From an uncultured cyanobacterium (GTDB taxonomy: Bacteria; Cyanobacteriota; Cyanobacteriia; CAKZMO01), in the NCBI GenBank assembly GCA_963719515.1, contig CAVRCJ010000001.1, positions 32,001 to 96,000 of the forward strand: 64,000 nucleotides of DNA. Reading direction: 5' to 3'. Positions 31,405 to 40,739 of this stretch are shown here, one piece after another; the stretch's first letter is position 1, and the number at the start of each line of letters is the position of its first letter. A model generated the notes under the pieces. It was not told where the DNA came from, did not search any database, and worked only from the letters and a program-made list of their open reading frames with translations. The position numbers were made by a program, and so were the translations under genes.

Positions 31405-31432
31405 TGATAGCATATTGACATCAGAATGACAT
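31405..31432. promoter_or_regulatory. Three TGA(T/C)A boxes at 11-bp spacing between the tnpB and RHH start codons (putative operator)
   Basis: TGATAG at 31405, TGACAT at 31416, TGACAT at 31427. Confidence 0.5.
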
Positions 31433-31613
31433 GCAGCAAATAACTATTAGAGCCGCTGACAGAGAAAAGCAGCATCTTGACAAGTATTGTGAGATGACTA
31501 AAAGAACTATCAACGATGTCCTTAGGGAGTACATCCGAAGTTTGGCCGTCTCCGGGGCATTGAGCCCCATCGACGACCGCGACTCTCATCCCGACGCTCA
31601 CCCTGACGGGTAG
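31431..31613 (+). CDS. Ribbon-helix-helix (CopG-like) DNA-binding protein
   Basis: QITIRA beta-strand, EKQHLDKYCEMTKR helix, TINDVLREYIRSL helix; divergent from tnpB and inside the element ends. Confidence 0.75.
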   Translation: MQQITIRAADREKQHLDKYCEMTKRTINDVLREYIRSLAVSGALSPIDDRDSHPDAHPDG

Positions 31614-31951
31614 AGCGCGGGGCTTCCCGTCTAGTAGCTAAAGCGGCCTCTCAGGAAATACACGCAATACGTCGGCGTGCTGCGGCATCTTTATGCGAAA
31701 TTCAAACGTATTTAAAGTCGTCCCCGAGAGAATTTTGACCTAGCCATCGATGAGCAGCACTAGACGCTCCTACACCATACAAGATGTAGAAAAGCCCAAC
31801 TCAGCCCAAGGGGCGATTAAGGCGAATAGTTAACTCTGTTACTTTTCGTTGCAGACGGTAGTCGTCAACAGTTTTCTGCAGGGTGCATCGGGCATGAGCT
31901 TGCAGACCACCCTGACTTGCAGCTACCGCTAACGATACACAAGAGAATCAC

Positions 31952-32416
31952 ATGGCTAATCCTGACCAAATCATCAATCAGATCAAACAGCTCGACGTCG
32001 ATCAGCAGCTAGCGCTGCTGTGGGTGGTCTACACCAAGATTGGAACGTCAATTACGCCTGCTGCCCCCGATGCCGCCTCACCCGCGATCGCGGGCGGACT
32101 GTTCGAGCAGGTCAAGCAGCTCGGACAGCAGGAACAGCTCGAGGCAATGCGCGCCATCGCTCAGGGAAGCGATACTACTCTGAGCCGCGAGTATGGTTCC
32201 CTCAGCGCTGAGACAAAGCTCGCGTTTTGGTACCAGCTAGCGCAGGGTATGACGTCGGGCAGCATTATTCCTATGCCTGAAGACTATTCTCTATCCAGCG
32301 AAGTCAGCCAAGCAGTAGGGACTCTAGAGTCGTCTGGGTTCGAGGAGCAGATTACGGTGCTGCGGAACGTTGCTGATGCCATGGGCGCTGCGCCTGCGCC
32401 TGGCTCCAAGGTGTAG
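31952..32416 (+). CDS. Helical carotenoid protein (orange carotenoid protein N-terminal domain homolog)
   Basis: DQQLALLW...SITPAAP, QLEAMR, SREYGSLS, KLAFWYQLAQGM motifs; no NTF2-like domain. Confidence 0.9.
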   Translation: MANPDQIINQIKQLDVDQQLALLWVVYTKIGTSITPAAPDAASPAIAGGLFEQVKQLGQQEQLEAMRAIAQGSDTTLSREYGSLSAETKLAFWYQLAQGMTSGSIIPMPEDYSLSSEVSQAVGTLESSGFEEQITVLRNVADAMGAAPAPGSKV

Positions 32417-32644
32417 GGAGTCGAATCGGTCTAGAAGCTTGCCTAGGATAGTCTCTTAGCGACTCCAAATCGAATGCCGAGTTGGAGGGCCTTTCCGTCG
32501 TGAGCAGCCCCACAGCTCGGCATTCCCTTTGCCGGACCAAGCGGAGGGTAAAGGCCAAATGTTAAGTGTTTCACCAGTTTCAGGGTCGTATACCATCAGA
32601 GCGAGAAAGATGAGATATAAAACTGAGTCCTCTACGGCGAGTTG

Positions 32645-34381
32645 ATGCATACAAAATCCTGGATGTCTCGCTTAGCAATGGTTCCCCGAAGCCGGCCCTT
32701 GACGATTGCCACCGCTTTAGCGCTAAGCGCCTGCGGCGGCAGCACCCCAAGTCCCAATCCGTCTCAGGCCAATGGTTTCGAGGTAAAGCTGCTGTTTGGT
32801 AGCGCCCTCGGCGACTTCTGCGAAGAGGCGATCGCAGACTTCAACGCGACTCGCCCAACGTTAGAGGACGGCAGCGCCTTTACCGCCACCTGCGAGGCTG
32901 AGGGTAGCGGCGATGTGGTCACCACCATCACTACTCTGGCCCAAGGGCTGCAGGCCGGTACGGTGAACCCCGACGATCCAGCCTTTCCCACGCTGCTTTC
33001 CGTAGACGGTGAAATCTACCAGAGTCAGCTCAAGTATCGCGTCGATCAGCTGTTTCCAGGCCAGAACTATATCCCCGAAATCACTGACGCACCGCTGCTG
33101 GCCAATAGCCCCATGGTGTTCATGACCCAGGAGCAGCTCGCGCCGGGACTGCAGCAGGTTGACAATCTGTTTCAGGTCCTCGTCGATGCCGAAACCCACC
33201 GAGACATCGACCCCGCCAGCGAGCCGCTGAAGATTCACTACGTCCACACGGCCCCTACTCGCTCCAATTCGGGCCTGCAGACGCTGGTGACCCAATTCGC
33301 ATCGGTATCCGGCAAACGCCCCAGCGAGCTAGCCCCCGGGGACGTTCAGAGCGCTATTCCGCAGGTGCAAAAGATTCAGAATAAGATCACCCGCTACGGC
33401 ATCTCCACGAGCTCGCTTGCGAGATCTATGGTGGAAAATGGTCCTTTTTGGGCCTCTATCGGTTCAGTGTATGAGTCGTCGGTGATTGCCGCCAACCAGT
33501 CCCTACCGCCAGGACAGCCGCGCTACGCCGCCGTGTATCCCCCTGCTACCTTCACCTCTAACATGCGGGCAATTTTGCCTGACGCCCCTTGGGTGAGCGA
33601 GCAGGAGCGGCAAGCGGCGGAGCAAATTATTGAATATCTGCGATCGCCCAACGCTCAGAAAATCGCCGCGCGGCTAGGCCTGCGCCCTGGCGTTCCCGGC
33701 GTTGCCCTGGGGCCTTCCTTTAGCCCTGAGTTTGGGGTCGACCCCGATGCGAGCTACGACTCCTACCGTCCGCCGGAGCCTGAGGTCGTAGAGGCGATGC
33801 TCGCGGCCTGGGAAAATACGGCCAAGAAGCCCTCCATGGTGGTGGTGGTGGTGGACTCCTCCGGATCCATGGAAGGGAGCAAGCTGCCCTCCGTGCAAAA
33901 TACCCTGCAAACCTACATCAATAATCTCGGACCGCGCGATCGCATTGCCCTTGTTGACTTCGACGACGCCATTCGCCCCCCCGTGCTGGTTGAGGGGACA
34001 GAAGCGGGTCGCTCTACGGGCTTACAGTTTATTAGCAGCCTCGAGGCTGACGGCGGTACCCGCCTCTATGACTCAGCGCTGTTCGCCCGCAACTGGCTGC
34101 AGGACAACTTGCGCCCCGAGGCGATTAACGCCGTGCTAATTTTGACGGATGGTGTGGACTCAGGGGAGGGCATTTCCCTAGAGATGCTGGAGGCTGAGCT
34201 GCGGGAAAGCGGCTTTAACAGTGACCAGCGCATCGCCTTTTTTACCATTGGTTATGGAGATCAAGGAGAGTTTGACCCCCAGGCCCTAGAGGCGATCGCC
34301 CAGCTCAACGGTGGCTACTATTCCCAGGGTGACCCCTCAACGATTTCTGAGCTAATGGCAGACCTGCAGCTGGAGTTTTGA
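32645..34381 (+). CDS. Lipoprotein: extracellular solute-binding domain fused to a C-terminal vWA domain
   Basis: Lipobox ALSAC, PTRSNSG motif, MIDAS DSSGSM, GGTRLYD, ILTDG. Start uncertain. Confidence 0.9.
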   Translation: MHTKSWMSRLAMVPRSRPLTIATALALSACGGSTPSPNPSQANGFEVKLLFGSALGDFCEEAIADFNATRPTLEDGSAFTATCEAEGSGDVVTTITTLAQGLQAGTVNPDDPAFPTLLSVDGEIYQSQLKYRVDQLFPGQNYIPEITDAPLLANSPMVFMTQEQLAPGLQQVDNLFQVLVDAETHRDIDPASEPLKIHYVHTAPTRSNSGLQTLVTQFASVSGKRPSELAPGDVQSAIPQVQKIQNKITRYGISTSSLARSMVENGPFWASIGSVYESSVIAANQSLPPGQPRYAAVYPPATFTSNMRAILPDAPWVSEQERQAAEQIIEYLRSPNAQKIAARLGLRPGVPGVALGPSFSPEFGVDPDASYDSYRPPEPEVVEAMLAAWENTAKKPSMVVVVVDSSGSMEGSKLPSVQNTLQTYINNLGPRDRIALVDFDDAIRPPVLVEGTEAGRSTGLQFISSLEADGGTRLYDSALFARNWLQDNLRPEAINAVLILTDGVDSGEGISLEMLEAELRESGFNSDQRIAFFTIGYGDQGEFDPQALEAIAQLNGGYYSQGDPSTISELMADLQLEF

Positions 34382-34384
34382 CGG

Positions 34385-35117
34385 ATGAAGCTGGCCAATC
34401 CCCTCTATTATCCACTTCCGGTGCTGGTGGGTGCCGTCGTTTTAGTCGTGGGGGTGCGGGTGCTGCGGCAGCCCAGCGTCGTGGTAGTGCCAGCGGCGAT
34501 CGCGGTGGCCACGGCAGGAGCAGCGCTGCGGAAAGGGCAAGAGCCCGACTCCTTAGGTCTAGAAGATCCGAGGCTGGAAAACACCCTTCAATCGGTGCGG
34601 CAGCAGGCCGTAACTATAGCCGAAAAGTCCGAAGCCCTGCGCGCAGAAGCCACTCGGCTGCTCAGCCAGGCCGAACAGCTAGATCTGCTGAGCGCCGTAC
34701 AGTTCGCCTGCGATCGCGCCGAGGAGCTGCCCGCGAAGATTGATGGCCTAGCGCAGCGGATGCGCGGGGGGCGATCGCTGCTGTCGATAGAAGATCTGCA
34801 GCGCCAGCGCCAGGAGGCAGAGCAGCAGGCCCACCAGCAGCAGCGGGGTGGCGCGAGAGCAGTGGCGCAAGCTAGTCAACACCCTGAGCCGAAATATTCA
34901 GCTGGCCCGCGAAGGTCAAGATGCCCGTCAGGCTCAGGTGGTGAGTCTATCGACGCTGACGCTAGAGGCTGCCGGGGTGCTCCAAAAGCTGCAGAATGAG
35001 CTGCGGACGGCAGACCTGACCGACACCCGTCAAACCAGCGAAATGCGATCTCTGAGCGCCGAATTTGCCAGCGTCCAGGAGAATCTGGATCTGCTGATGA
35101 CGGACGGGCGCTCTTGA
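34385..35117 (+). CDS. Membrane-anchored coiled-coil protein, frameshifted near 34835
   Basis: Two N-terminal TM helices and a helical region; continuation VAREQWRKL...ENLDLL in the +1 frame. Removing 1 nt gives 243 aa. Confidence 0.7.
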
Positions 35118-35219
35118 TTACACAGATGCTCAGACGGATGCACCGAAACGCCGCCTAGCTATGTCAGGGCTCAGCACGCTGGGCCCCCACCCTGATACCA
35201 TTCCTCATAGTCCTATCCC

Positions 35220-36308
35220 ATGGCTAACCCCCGTCTCCTCATCTCTCTCGGCATCACCGCCGCCGCTCTCGGTCTCGCCTACGCCCCTGTCCCTGTGGCA
35301 CAGGAGCGGCTGCTGGTTGTCAGCGGCACCGAGCTGCAGGAACCCCTGCAGGCGCTAGAAGCCCGCTTCGAGCAGGAGAACCCCGATATCCAGATCGATC
35401 TAGAGTTTGTCGGTTCGCGGGACATCGTTAACCGCTACATCGACGACGATTTCGACACCCCGCCGACTATTCTCATTCCCGCCAACGGCGAGCTGCTGCA
35501 GGAGGTGAGCGATCGCTGGCAGGGTGAAGGCAGTCCTTTTTACGGCAAACCAGCGCCGATCACCAAGACGCTGCTGGTGGGAATTGCCTGGAGCGATCGC
35601 GGCCAGGTGCTGTTTCCCGAAGGGGAGTTTGACTGGAGCCGGGTAGAGGCAGCGCTCGGTGCTGGCGTTTGGCCTGCCATTGGGGGCCAGCAAACCTGGG
35701 GCAGCTTCGACTTAGTGATTACCGATCCGGGGCGCTCTAATAGCGGTCAGCTGGCGCTCGGGCTGTGGGCCAAGTCGCAGTCGGGGGGCACTCTGTCTGC
35801 TGGCACGCTGGGGCAGCCTCAGATTCAAGCGTTGTTTTCTTTAGTAAAGCGCTCGGTCTACCAGCCGCCCCGCTCCACTGATACGCTGCTGCAGGAATTT
35901 ATCACCCGTGGTTCTAACGACGCCGACGTCGCTCTGGTCTACGAAAGCATCGCCCTCAACCGCTGGGAGCAGTCTGCCGCCACCCAAAACGAGCCCTATC
36001 AAATCTACTACCTCAATCCCTCCGTTGAGACGGTGTCGACGGCGGCAGTGGCCACGCGGGATGTGGGGCGATCGCAGGCAGACGCTGCCGAGGCATTTCT
36101 AAACTTCCTCAAGGCGCCAGATCAGCAGGAGACCTTTGTACAGTTTGGCTTTCGTCCCGCAGCGGCTACTCTTGACCTGGCCGGAGTGCCTGATAGCCCT
36201 TGGGCGGACGCCATCCCTGGCGCAAAAGTCGATCCCCCCCCCGCCATCGAGACGCCGGATCAGGGCACCTTGAGCGAGATCGTGCGCCTTTGGCAGCGGG
36301 CAAACTAG
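35220..36308 (+). CDS. Extracellular solute-binding protein
   Basis: Signal peptide, VVSGTELQEPL, DPGRSNSGQL, VYESIAL, FGFRP; paralogous to the binding domain of 32645-34381. Confidence 0.85.
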   Translation: MANPRLLISLGITAAALGLAYAPVPVAQERLLVVSGTELQEPLQALEARFEQENPDIQIDLEFVGSRDIVNRYIDDDFDTPPTILIPANGELLQEVSDRWQGEGSPFYGKPAPITKTLLVGIAWSDRGQVLFPEGEFDWSRVEAALGAGVWPAIGGQQTWGSFDLVITDPGRSNSGQLALGLWAKSQSGGTLSAGTLGQPQIQALFSLVKRSVYQPPRSTDTLLQEFITRGSNDADVALVYESIALNRWEQSAATQNEPYQIYYLNPSVETVSTAAVATRDVGRSQADAAEAFLNFLKAPDQQETFVQFGFRPAAATLDLAGVPDSPWADAIPGAKVDPPPAIETPDQGTLSEIVRLWQRAN

Positions 36309-36408
36309 TCTCCCTGAAGCCAGCCCCTCTTGTACTCAGGACCCTGCCCTAAGCACGATATACAATAATTAAATACGGTTTAGCCGTACGCGCTGCTGAG
36401 GAGCCGAT

Positions 36409-36675
36409 ATGCCCTGGTTTGTCAAAATAGAACGTGGAATTGTTGAAAAATCTACTTTTGATAAATTCGTATCTGCTCACAAGCAGTATATAGCTGAGCT
36501 GATCGCCGACGGCCACGAGGCCAAGACAGGGTATTGGGCCGAGCGGGGCGGCGGAATGCTGCTGTTTAAGGCGGCATCGCTAGAAGAAGCCAAGAGAATT
36601 GTCGCCCGCGACCCCTTGATCAAAGCCAACTGCGTCAACTACGAACTGCACGAATGGTGCATTGTGATGGAATAA
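36409..36675 (+). CDS. YciI family protein
   Basis: AHKQY, GGGMLLF, AKRIVARDPL motifs; GAGGAG RBS. Confidence 0.85.
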   Translation: MPWFVKIERGIVEKSTFDKFVSAHKQYIAELIADGHEAKTGYWAERGGGMLLFKAASLEEAKRIVARDPLIKANCVNYELHEWCIVME

Positions 36676-36693
36676 TTTGGAGCGTGATGGACC

Positions 36694-37152
36694 ATGGCAG
36701 AAGGACAAAAAATAGTCGCCGATAACCGGCAGGCCCGCTACCAGTATGAAATTTTAGAGACCTTTGAAGCAGGACTGGAGCTATTGGGCACCGAAGTAAA
36801 GTCCATCCGCGAAGGGCGGGCCAACCTGCGGGACGGCTACGCCTCCATTCGGGACGGAGAGGCTTGGCTACACAACGTGCATGTCTCCCCCAGCAAGACC
36901 GCCAGCCAGTACTTCAACCACGAGCCGCTCCGGGCGCGCAAGCTGCTGCTGCACCGCCAGGAAATCCGCAAGCTGATCGGCAAGACGGAGCAGCAGGGTC
37001 TGACCTTGGTGCCGCTGCGGCTGTATCTGCAGCGGGGCTGGATTAAAACCACAATCGCTCTAGCGCGGGGTAAGAAGCTGCACGACAAGCGGGAAACCCT
37101 CAAGCGGCGACAGAGCGATCGCGAAATCGCCCGGGCTGTCAAAAATTATTGA
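36694..37152 (+). CDS. smpB: SsrA-binding protein
   Basis: NRQARYQYEILE, GTEVKSIR, RKLLLHRQEI, GKKLHDKR motifs. Confidence 0.98.
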   Translation: MAEGQKIVADNRQARYQYEILETFEAGLELLGTEVKSIREGRANLRDGYASIRDGEAWLHNVHVSPSKTASQYFNHEPLRARKLLLHRQEIRKLIGKTEQQGLTLVPLRLYLQRGWIKTTIALARGKKLHDKRETLKRRQSDREIARAVKNY

Positions 37153-37397
37153 TGTCCCGATTATTGAGATGCCCCAACGGCTATTTCTTCCCGCTTCAAC
37201 AAAGCGCTACCACATCTGGATTCTCCAGCAGCGCTGCCTCCGGCCACTCCACACGTAGCATAGCCTCGCTGCCCATTCCAGTTGGGGCGTAGCTCAAGTA
37301 GGCGTTTCCCCTCAGACAAGATGTCGCCTCTGTAGGGCTAGGGCGTCAGCGTCTGCATGAGCGTCTCAAACTTCTAGAAACGGCGTGGCCGCAGCGG

Positions 37398-37625
37398 CTA
37401 TGCAGGCGTCTTTTGCAGCTCGGGGCGCTCTTCAGGCAAGATTGCGCCTTCGACGGGGCAGACCTGTAGACAGATACCGCAGTCAATGCAGGTGGCAAAG
37501 TCGATCCAATACCAATCGGTTCCTTTTTGGTTTTTGCCGGGGCCTTCGTGGATGCAGGCGACGGGGCAAGCGCCGACGCAGTCAGATACGCCTTCGCAGA
37601 CGTCAGTAGCAATAGTGTGTGGCAC
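37398..37625 (-). CDS. Bacterial-type 2[4Fe-4S]-like ferredoxin
   Basis: CEGVSDCVGACPVAC and CIDCGICLQVCP motifs; GTG start. Confidence 0.9.
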   Translation of the reverse strand: MPHTIATDVCEGVSDCVGACPVACIHEGPGKNQKGTDWYWIDFATCIDCGICLQVCPVEGAILPEERPELQKTPA

Positions 37626-37838
37626 GGTGCACTTTCAGAGAACGTTTTGTATCTGTCTCAGCCTAACAGGTTTGCCTAGAGGTTTCTTGCTGTAAGGCCG
37701 CTTAATTCTGACGACACCACGGTCGACAACACGATTGACTATCGCTGGACTGCTCGCCTGGTTGCCCGCCTGAATTTGCTTCAGGGGCAAATGACCTCTA
37801 AATGGTGTTCGAAATCATATCTCCTAGCAATAGCGCCG

Positions 37839-40598
37839 CTATTCTCGCTCTACAAAAACGATATTCTCCGTATACTGCTCAAAGGTGTCGTCGTGGCTGA
37901 TTACAAACAGCTGACGGAAGGACTTAATATTGGCGATCGCCTCAGCAAGTCCCTGACGGCGGCGGCGGTCCATGTTCGTCGTCGGCTCATCGAAAAAGGC
38001 AATATCGATGTCGGCCAATACCCTGAGCAGCGCCAATCGTACCGCCAGCGCCGCGCACATTTGCTCCCCCCCCGATAGGTTCACAAATCGGCGACGGTGG
38101 GCACCCTCCTGCACCAGGATGTCGTAGTCCCGGGTCCACTCTAAGGCCACGTTGGGTCGGTTGAGCAGCTCACGGAACAGTCGGTTGGCCTCCTGAGAAA
38201 CCGTATAGACGTAGCGCTCGGTAATTCGGGGTCCAGCCTCTTTATAAACCTTGCGGGCGAAGTTGATAAACCGCTTGACGCGCTCCTTTTGCTTGAGGTC
38301 CGCTTTGGCGCGATCGCAGCTTTGAGCCACCTCGCGGAGCTGGGCGAGCCGCTGGTCCAACTCGGTCAGCCGCTGCCGCTGCTGAGGCAGCTGCCCTTGA
38401 AGCCGGTCGGCCTCGCTGCGTAGCTGCTGGATCTGGGCCTCAACCTGCTGTCGCTGCTCGGCGCTATAGGCAGATTTAGCTTCGTCATAGGCCTGCTGCT
38501 GCGCCTGCTGCTGCTGAACGAGCTGCGTCACCTGACCCTCGACTTCAGACAGCGCGGTCTGATACTGCTCTAGCATCTGACCCTCGGGCTGCTGCTGCAA
38601 ATAGGTCAGGTAGCTGACGCGGTGGGCGTCGCGGGCTTGGGTCTGAGCCTGCTGGCGCGATCGCAGGTCGGCAAACTGTGTCAGCTGCTGGTCGAGGAGC
38701 GCGATCGCCTTTTGAATAGTCTCTCGGATCGTCTTTTGCTGCTCGTGGGACTGGGCAAGGGCAGGTTGCTGGGCCTGCTGCTTTTCTAGGAACGCGGCGC
38801 GAGCGCGAGGGTTGTCCAGTGCCTTGAGTTGAGCTTGAACCTCGCGCCACTGATGCGCAACGGCCTGCTCGCTTTCGAGGGCCGCTTCGAGCTGTGAGAA
38901 CTGCTCTGCTGAGGCGGCTATGGTTCGGCTGAGCTGCTGATGGCGATCGCGAGTCTCTTCTAAGGTGGCGTACCGAGCGCGATCGCGGTAGGCCTGATCG
39001 AGCTGGGCGGCCCCTGCCTTGAGCTGTCTGGAGAGCGCTGCTGTGGAGGTCTGCTGAGAGATGTCCGTCAAAATGTCGTCCAGCGCTCGAATGACGCTGG
39101 CGTTGAGGGTAACGCCAGATTCCAGCGTCGCTAAGGCAGCATCCACAGCCTCAGAAGCCAACAGCGGCGCGGCCTCCTGGAGCTGGCGCAGCACCGACAG
39201 GGCAGTGCCAGCCTCTTCTTCGTATTGCTGCTGCTGCTGCGAGCATTGAGTGACGAGCTGACGCAGGTCGGCTTCAAACTGCTTGGCGGCGTCGACGCGG
39301 CTGATTTGGGTACGGAGGCGGTCTTGTTGAGCTTCGATGTTTGGAATTTTCTCTAGCCCCGAGGCGATCGCCTCCAGCTGGGCAATGGTCTTTGCTAGGG
39401 AGGTCGCCTCAGTCTGCAGCAGGGTGAGCTCCCGCTTGAGGCGATCGCGCTCTTGGCGCTGCTGCTGCATCTGGCGCTGCTGCTGGTCGAGCTGGGCCTG
39501 GGTCTGCTCTAGGGTCTGCTGCTGCTTCACCTGGGGCAAAAGCTGCTCTAGCTCCCGGCTCGCCTGCTCCACCTGCTCTAGCTTTGTTTTTACAGTGGCC
39601 AAGGTAGCAGCGGCGGTGGCGGCGGCGGCCTGCTGCTGCTGCCGCTCCTGCAGCAGATCGGTTTGCTGTCCCAGCTGGGCGCTGAGCTGTTTTAAGCTGT
39701 CCTCGGCCTGGAGAAAAGCGTCATGCCCCGCCCGGTGCTGCTCGCACTGCTGTAGCGCCGTCTGCGATCGCGCTACGGCTTCGGCCTGGAGCACGGCCTC
39801 CCGACGCTTGCCGTCGAGCTGGGTACCTAGAGTCTGCAGCTGTGCGCGGCGCTGCTGGAGATCTTCGGCCTGTCGGGCAAGCTGCCCCTGCTCTTGGGTC
39901 AGCGTCTGCAGCTGGGTTTCTAGAGTTTTGAGATGGGCATCGCCGGTCGCGATACTGTCTGCAAGGTGCGATCGCTGCTGCTGCAGAGTCTCCAGCCCGG
40001 CTAGCGTTTCGTCGTACTGGACGATCGCCTGAGTCACCAGCGCCGTTTGGCCTTCGCTGTAGCGCTTTAGAGAGGCGAGCTGGCCGTAGAGCTGCTTGTA
40101 CTCTCCCACCTTGAGCACGGTGTCGAATACCTGCTTACGCTTTTCGACCGGCAGCTGAAAGTCGGCGGTGAAGGTCCCTTGGGGAACGCCGATGGTGTTT
40201 TTGAACAGCTGCTCTAGGCCGGTGCCGGGAGAGAGGCCCAGGTGTTGGCGCAGCCAGGGCAGCACTTCCGACTCAATGCGGGTGTAGGGTAGGCGCTGGC
40301 CTAGCTGGGGGTCGTAGAGGGTGTAGCCCCGACTGGTGCAGCGCTGCACATCGTAGGTGCGGCCATCGCGGCTGGAGACAAAGCTGACGGTAGCTTGGGC
40401 GCTAGAGGCCCCGTTGTAGATGAGGTCGTCTTTGGTGTAGCTGCTGCTGTAGTTGAATAGCGTCCAGCCAATCGCCTCCAGGATGCTGGTTTTCCCGGCA
40501 CCGTTTTCACCACAAATCGCGTTGGTGCCCGGCTTAAACTCAAACTGGCGATCGCGGTGAGCCTTAAAGTTTTTTAGGATGACGGAAATGATTTCCAT
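37839..40598 (-). CDS. Second SbcC/Rad50-like SMC ATPase, without a CxxC hook
   Basis: GENGAGKT, VPQG Q-loop, coiled coil, LSGGEQ, FFDEPT, VISHD. Confidence 0.9.
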   Translation of the reverse strand: MEIISVILKNFKAHRDRQFEFKPGTNAICGENGAGKTSILEAIGWTLFNYSSSYTKDDLIYNGASSAQATVSFVSSRDGRTYDVQRCTSRGYTLYDPQLGQRLPYTRIESEVLPWLRQHLGLSPGTGLEQLFKNTIGVPQGTFTADFQLPVEKRKQVFDTVLKVGEYKQLYGQLASLKRYSEGQTALVTQAIVQYDETLAGLETLQQQRSHLADSIATGDAHLKTLETQLQTLTQEQGQLARQAEDLQQRRAQLQTLGTQLDGKRREAVLQAEAVARSQTALQQCEQHRAGHDAFLQAEDSLKQLSAQLGQQTDLLQERQQQQAAAATAAATLATVKTKLEQVEQASRELEQLLPQVKQQQTLEQTQAQLDQQQRQMQQQRQERDRLKRELTLLQTEATSLAKTIAQLEAIASGLEKIPNIEAQQDRLRTQISRVDAAKQFEADLRQLVTQCSQQQQQYEEEAGTALSVLRQLQEAAPLLASEAVDAALATLESGVTLNASVIRALDDILTDISQQTSTAALSRQLKAGAAQLDQAYRDRARYATLEETRDRHQQLSRTIAASAEQFSQLEAALESEQAVAHQWREVQAQLKALDNPRARAAFLEKQQAQQPALAQSHEQQKTIRETIQKAIALLDQQLTQFADLRSRQQAQTQARDAHRVSYLTYLQQQPEGQMLEQYQTALSEVEGQVTQLVQQQQAQQQAYDEAKSAYSAEQRQQVEAQIQQLRSEADRLQGQLPQQRQRLTELDQRLAQLREVAQSCDRAKADLKQKERVKRFINFARKVYKEAGPRITERYVYTVSQEANRLFRELLNRPNVALEWTRDYDILVQEGAHRRRFVNLSGGEQMCAALAVRLALLRVLADIDIAFFDEPTTNMDRRRRQGLAEAIANIKSFRQLFVISHDDTFEQYTENIVFVERE

Positions 40599-40739
40599 GG
40601 GTCGCGTGATGGAGGGTTAGAGGAACCTACGGCGGCTGATGTTGCAGCCCATCGCCACTGTCGCCGCTCCCCATAGTACACCCGTTTGTCAGCTATGGTC
40701 TGGTCTCGCTCTAGTCGGCAAGTGAAGCGCTTCGGGGCC

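Larger units (their letters stand above)
30155..31642 (-). mobile_element. IS200/IS605-family (tnpB-only, IS1341-like) element, ~1488 bp
   Basis: Related subterminal hairpins at both ends (minus strand GGAAGCCC(C)GCGCT...AGCGTCGGG); right end terminates in TCAC; contains tnpB and a small RHH gene but no tnpA. Left boundary inferred. Confidence 0.85.

Noticed and set aside
31398..31601. 68-aa N-terminal extension of TnpB in the ORF track
   Set aside because: It overlaps the RHH gene antisense; the typical TnpB N-terminus begins at MKVTYQYKL (31397).
37160..37340. Possible gene remnant on the minus strand (LSYAPTGMGSEAMLRVEWPEAALLENPDVVALC)
   Set aside because: Protein-like but short, with no start and no family I can identify.
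37713..37750. GAC-initiated 12-bp quasi-repeats
   Set aside because: Only two convincing units; could be chance.
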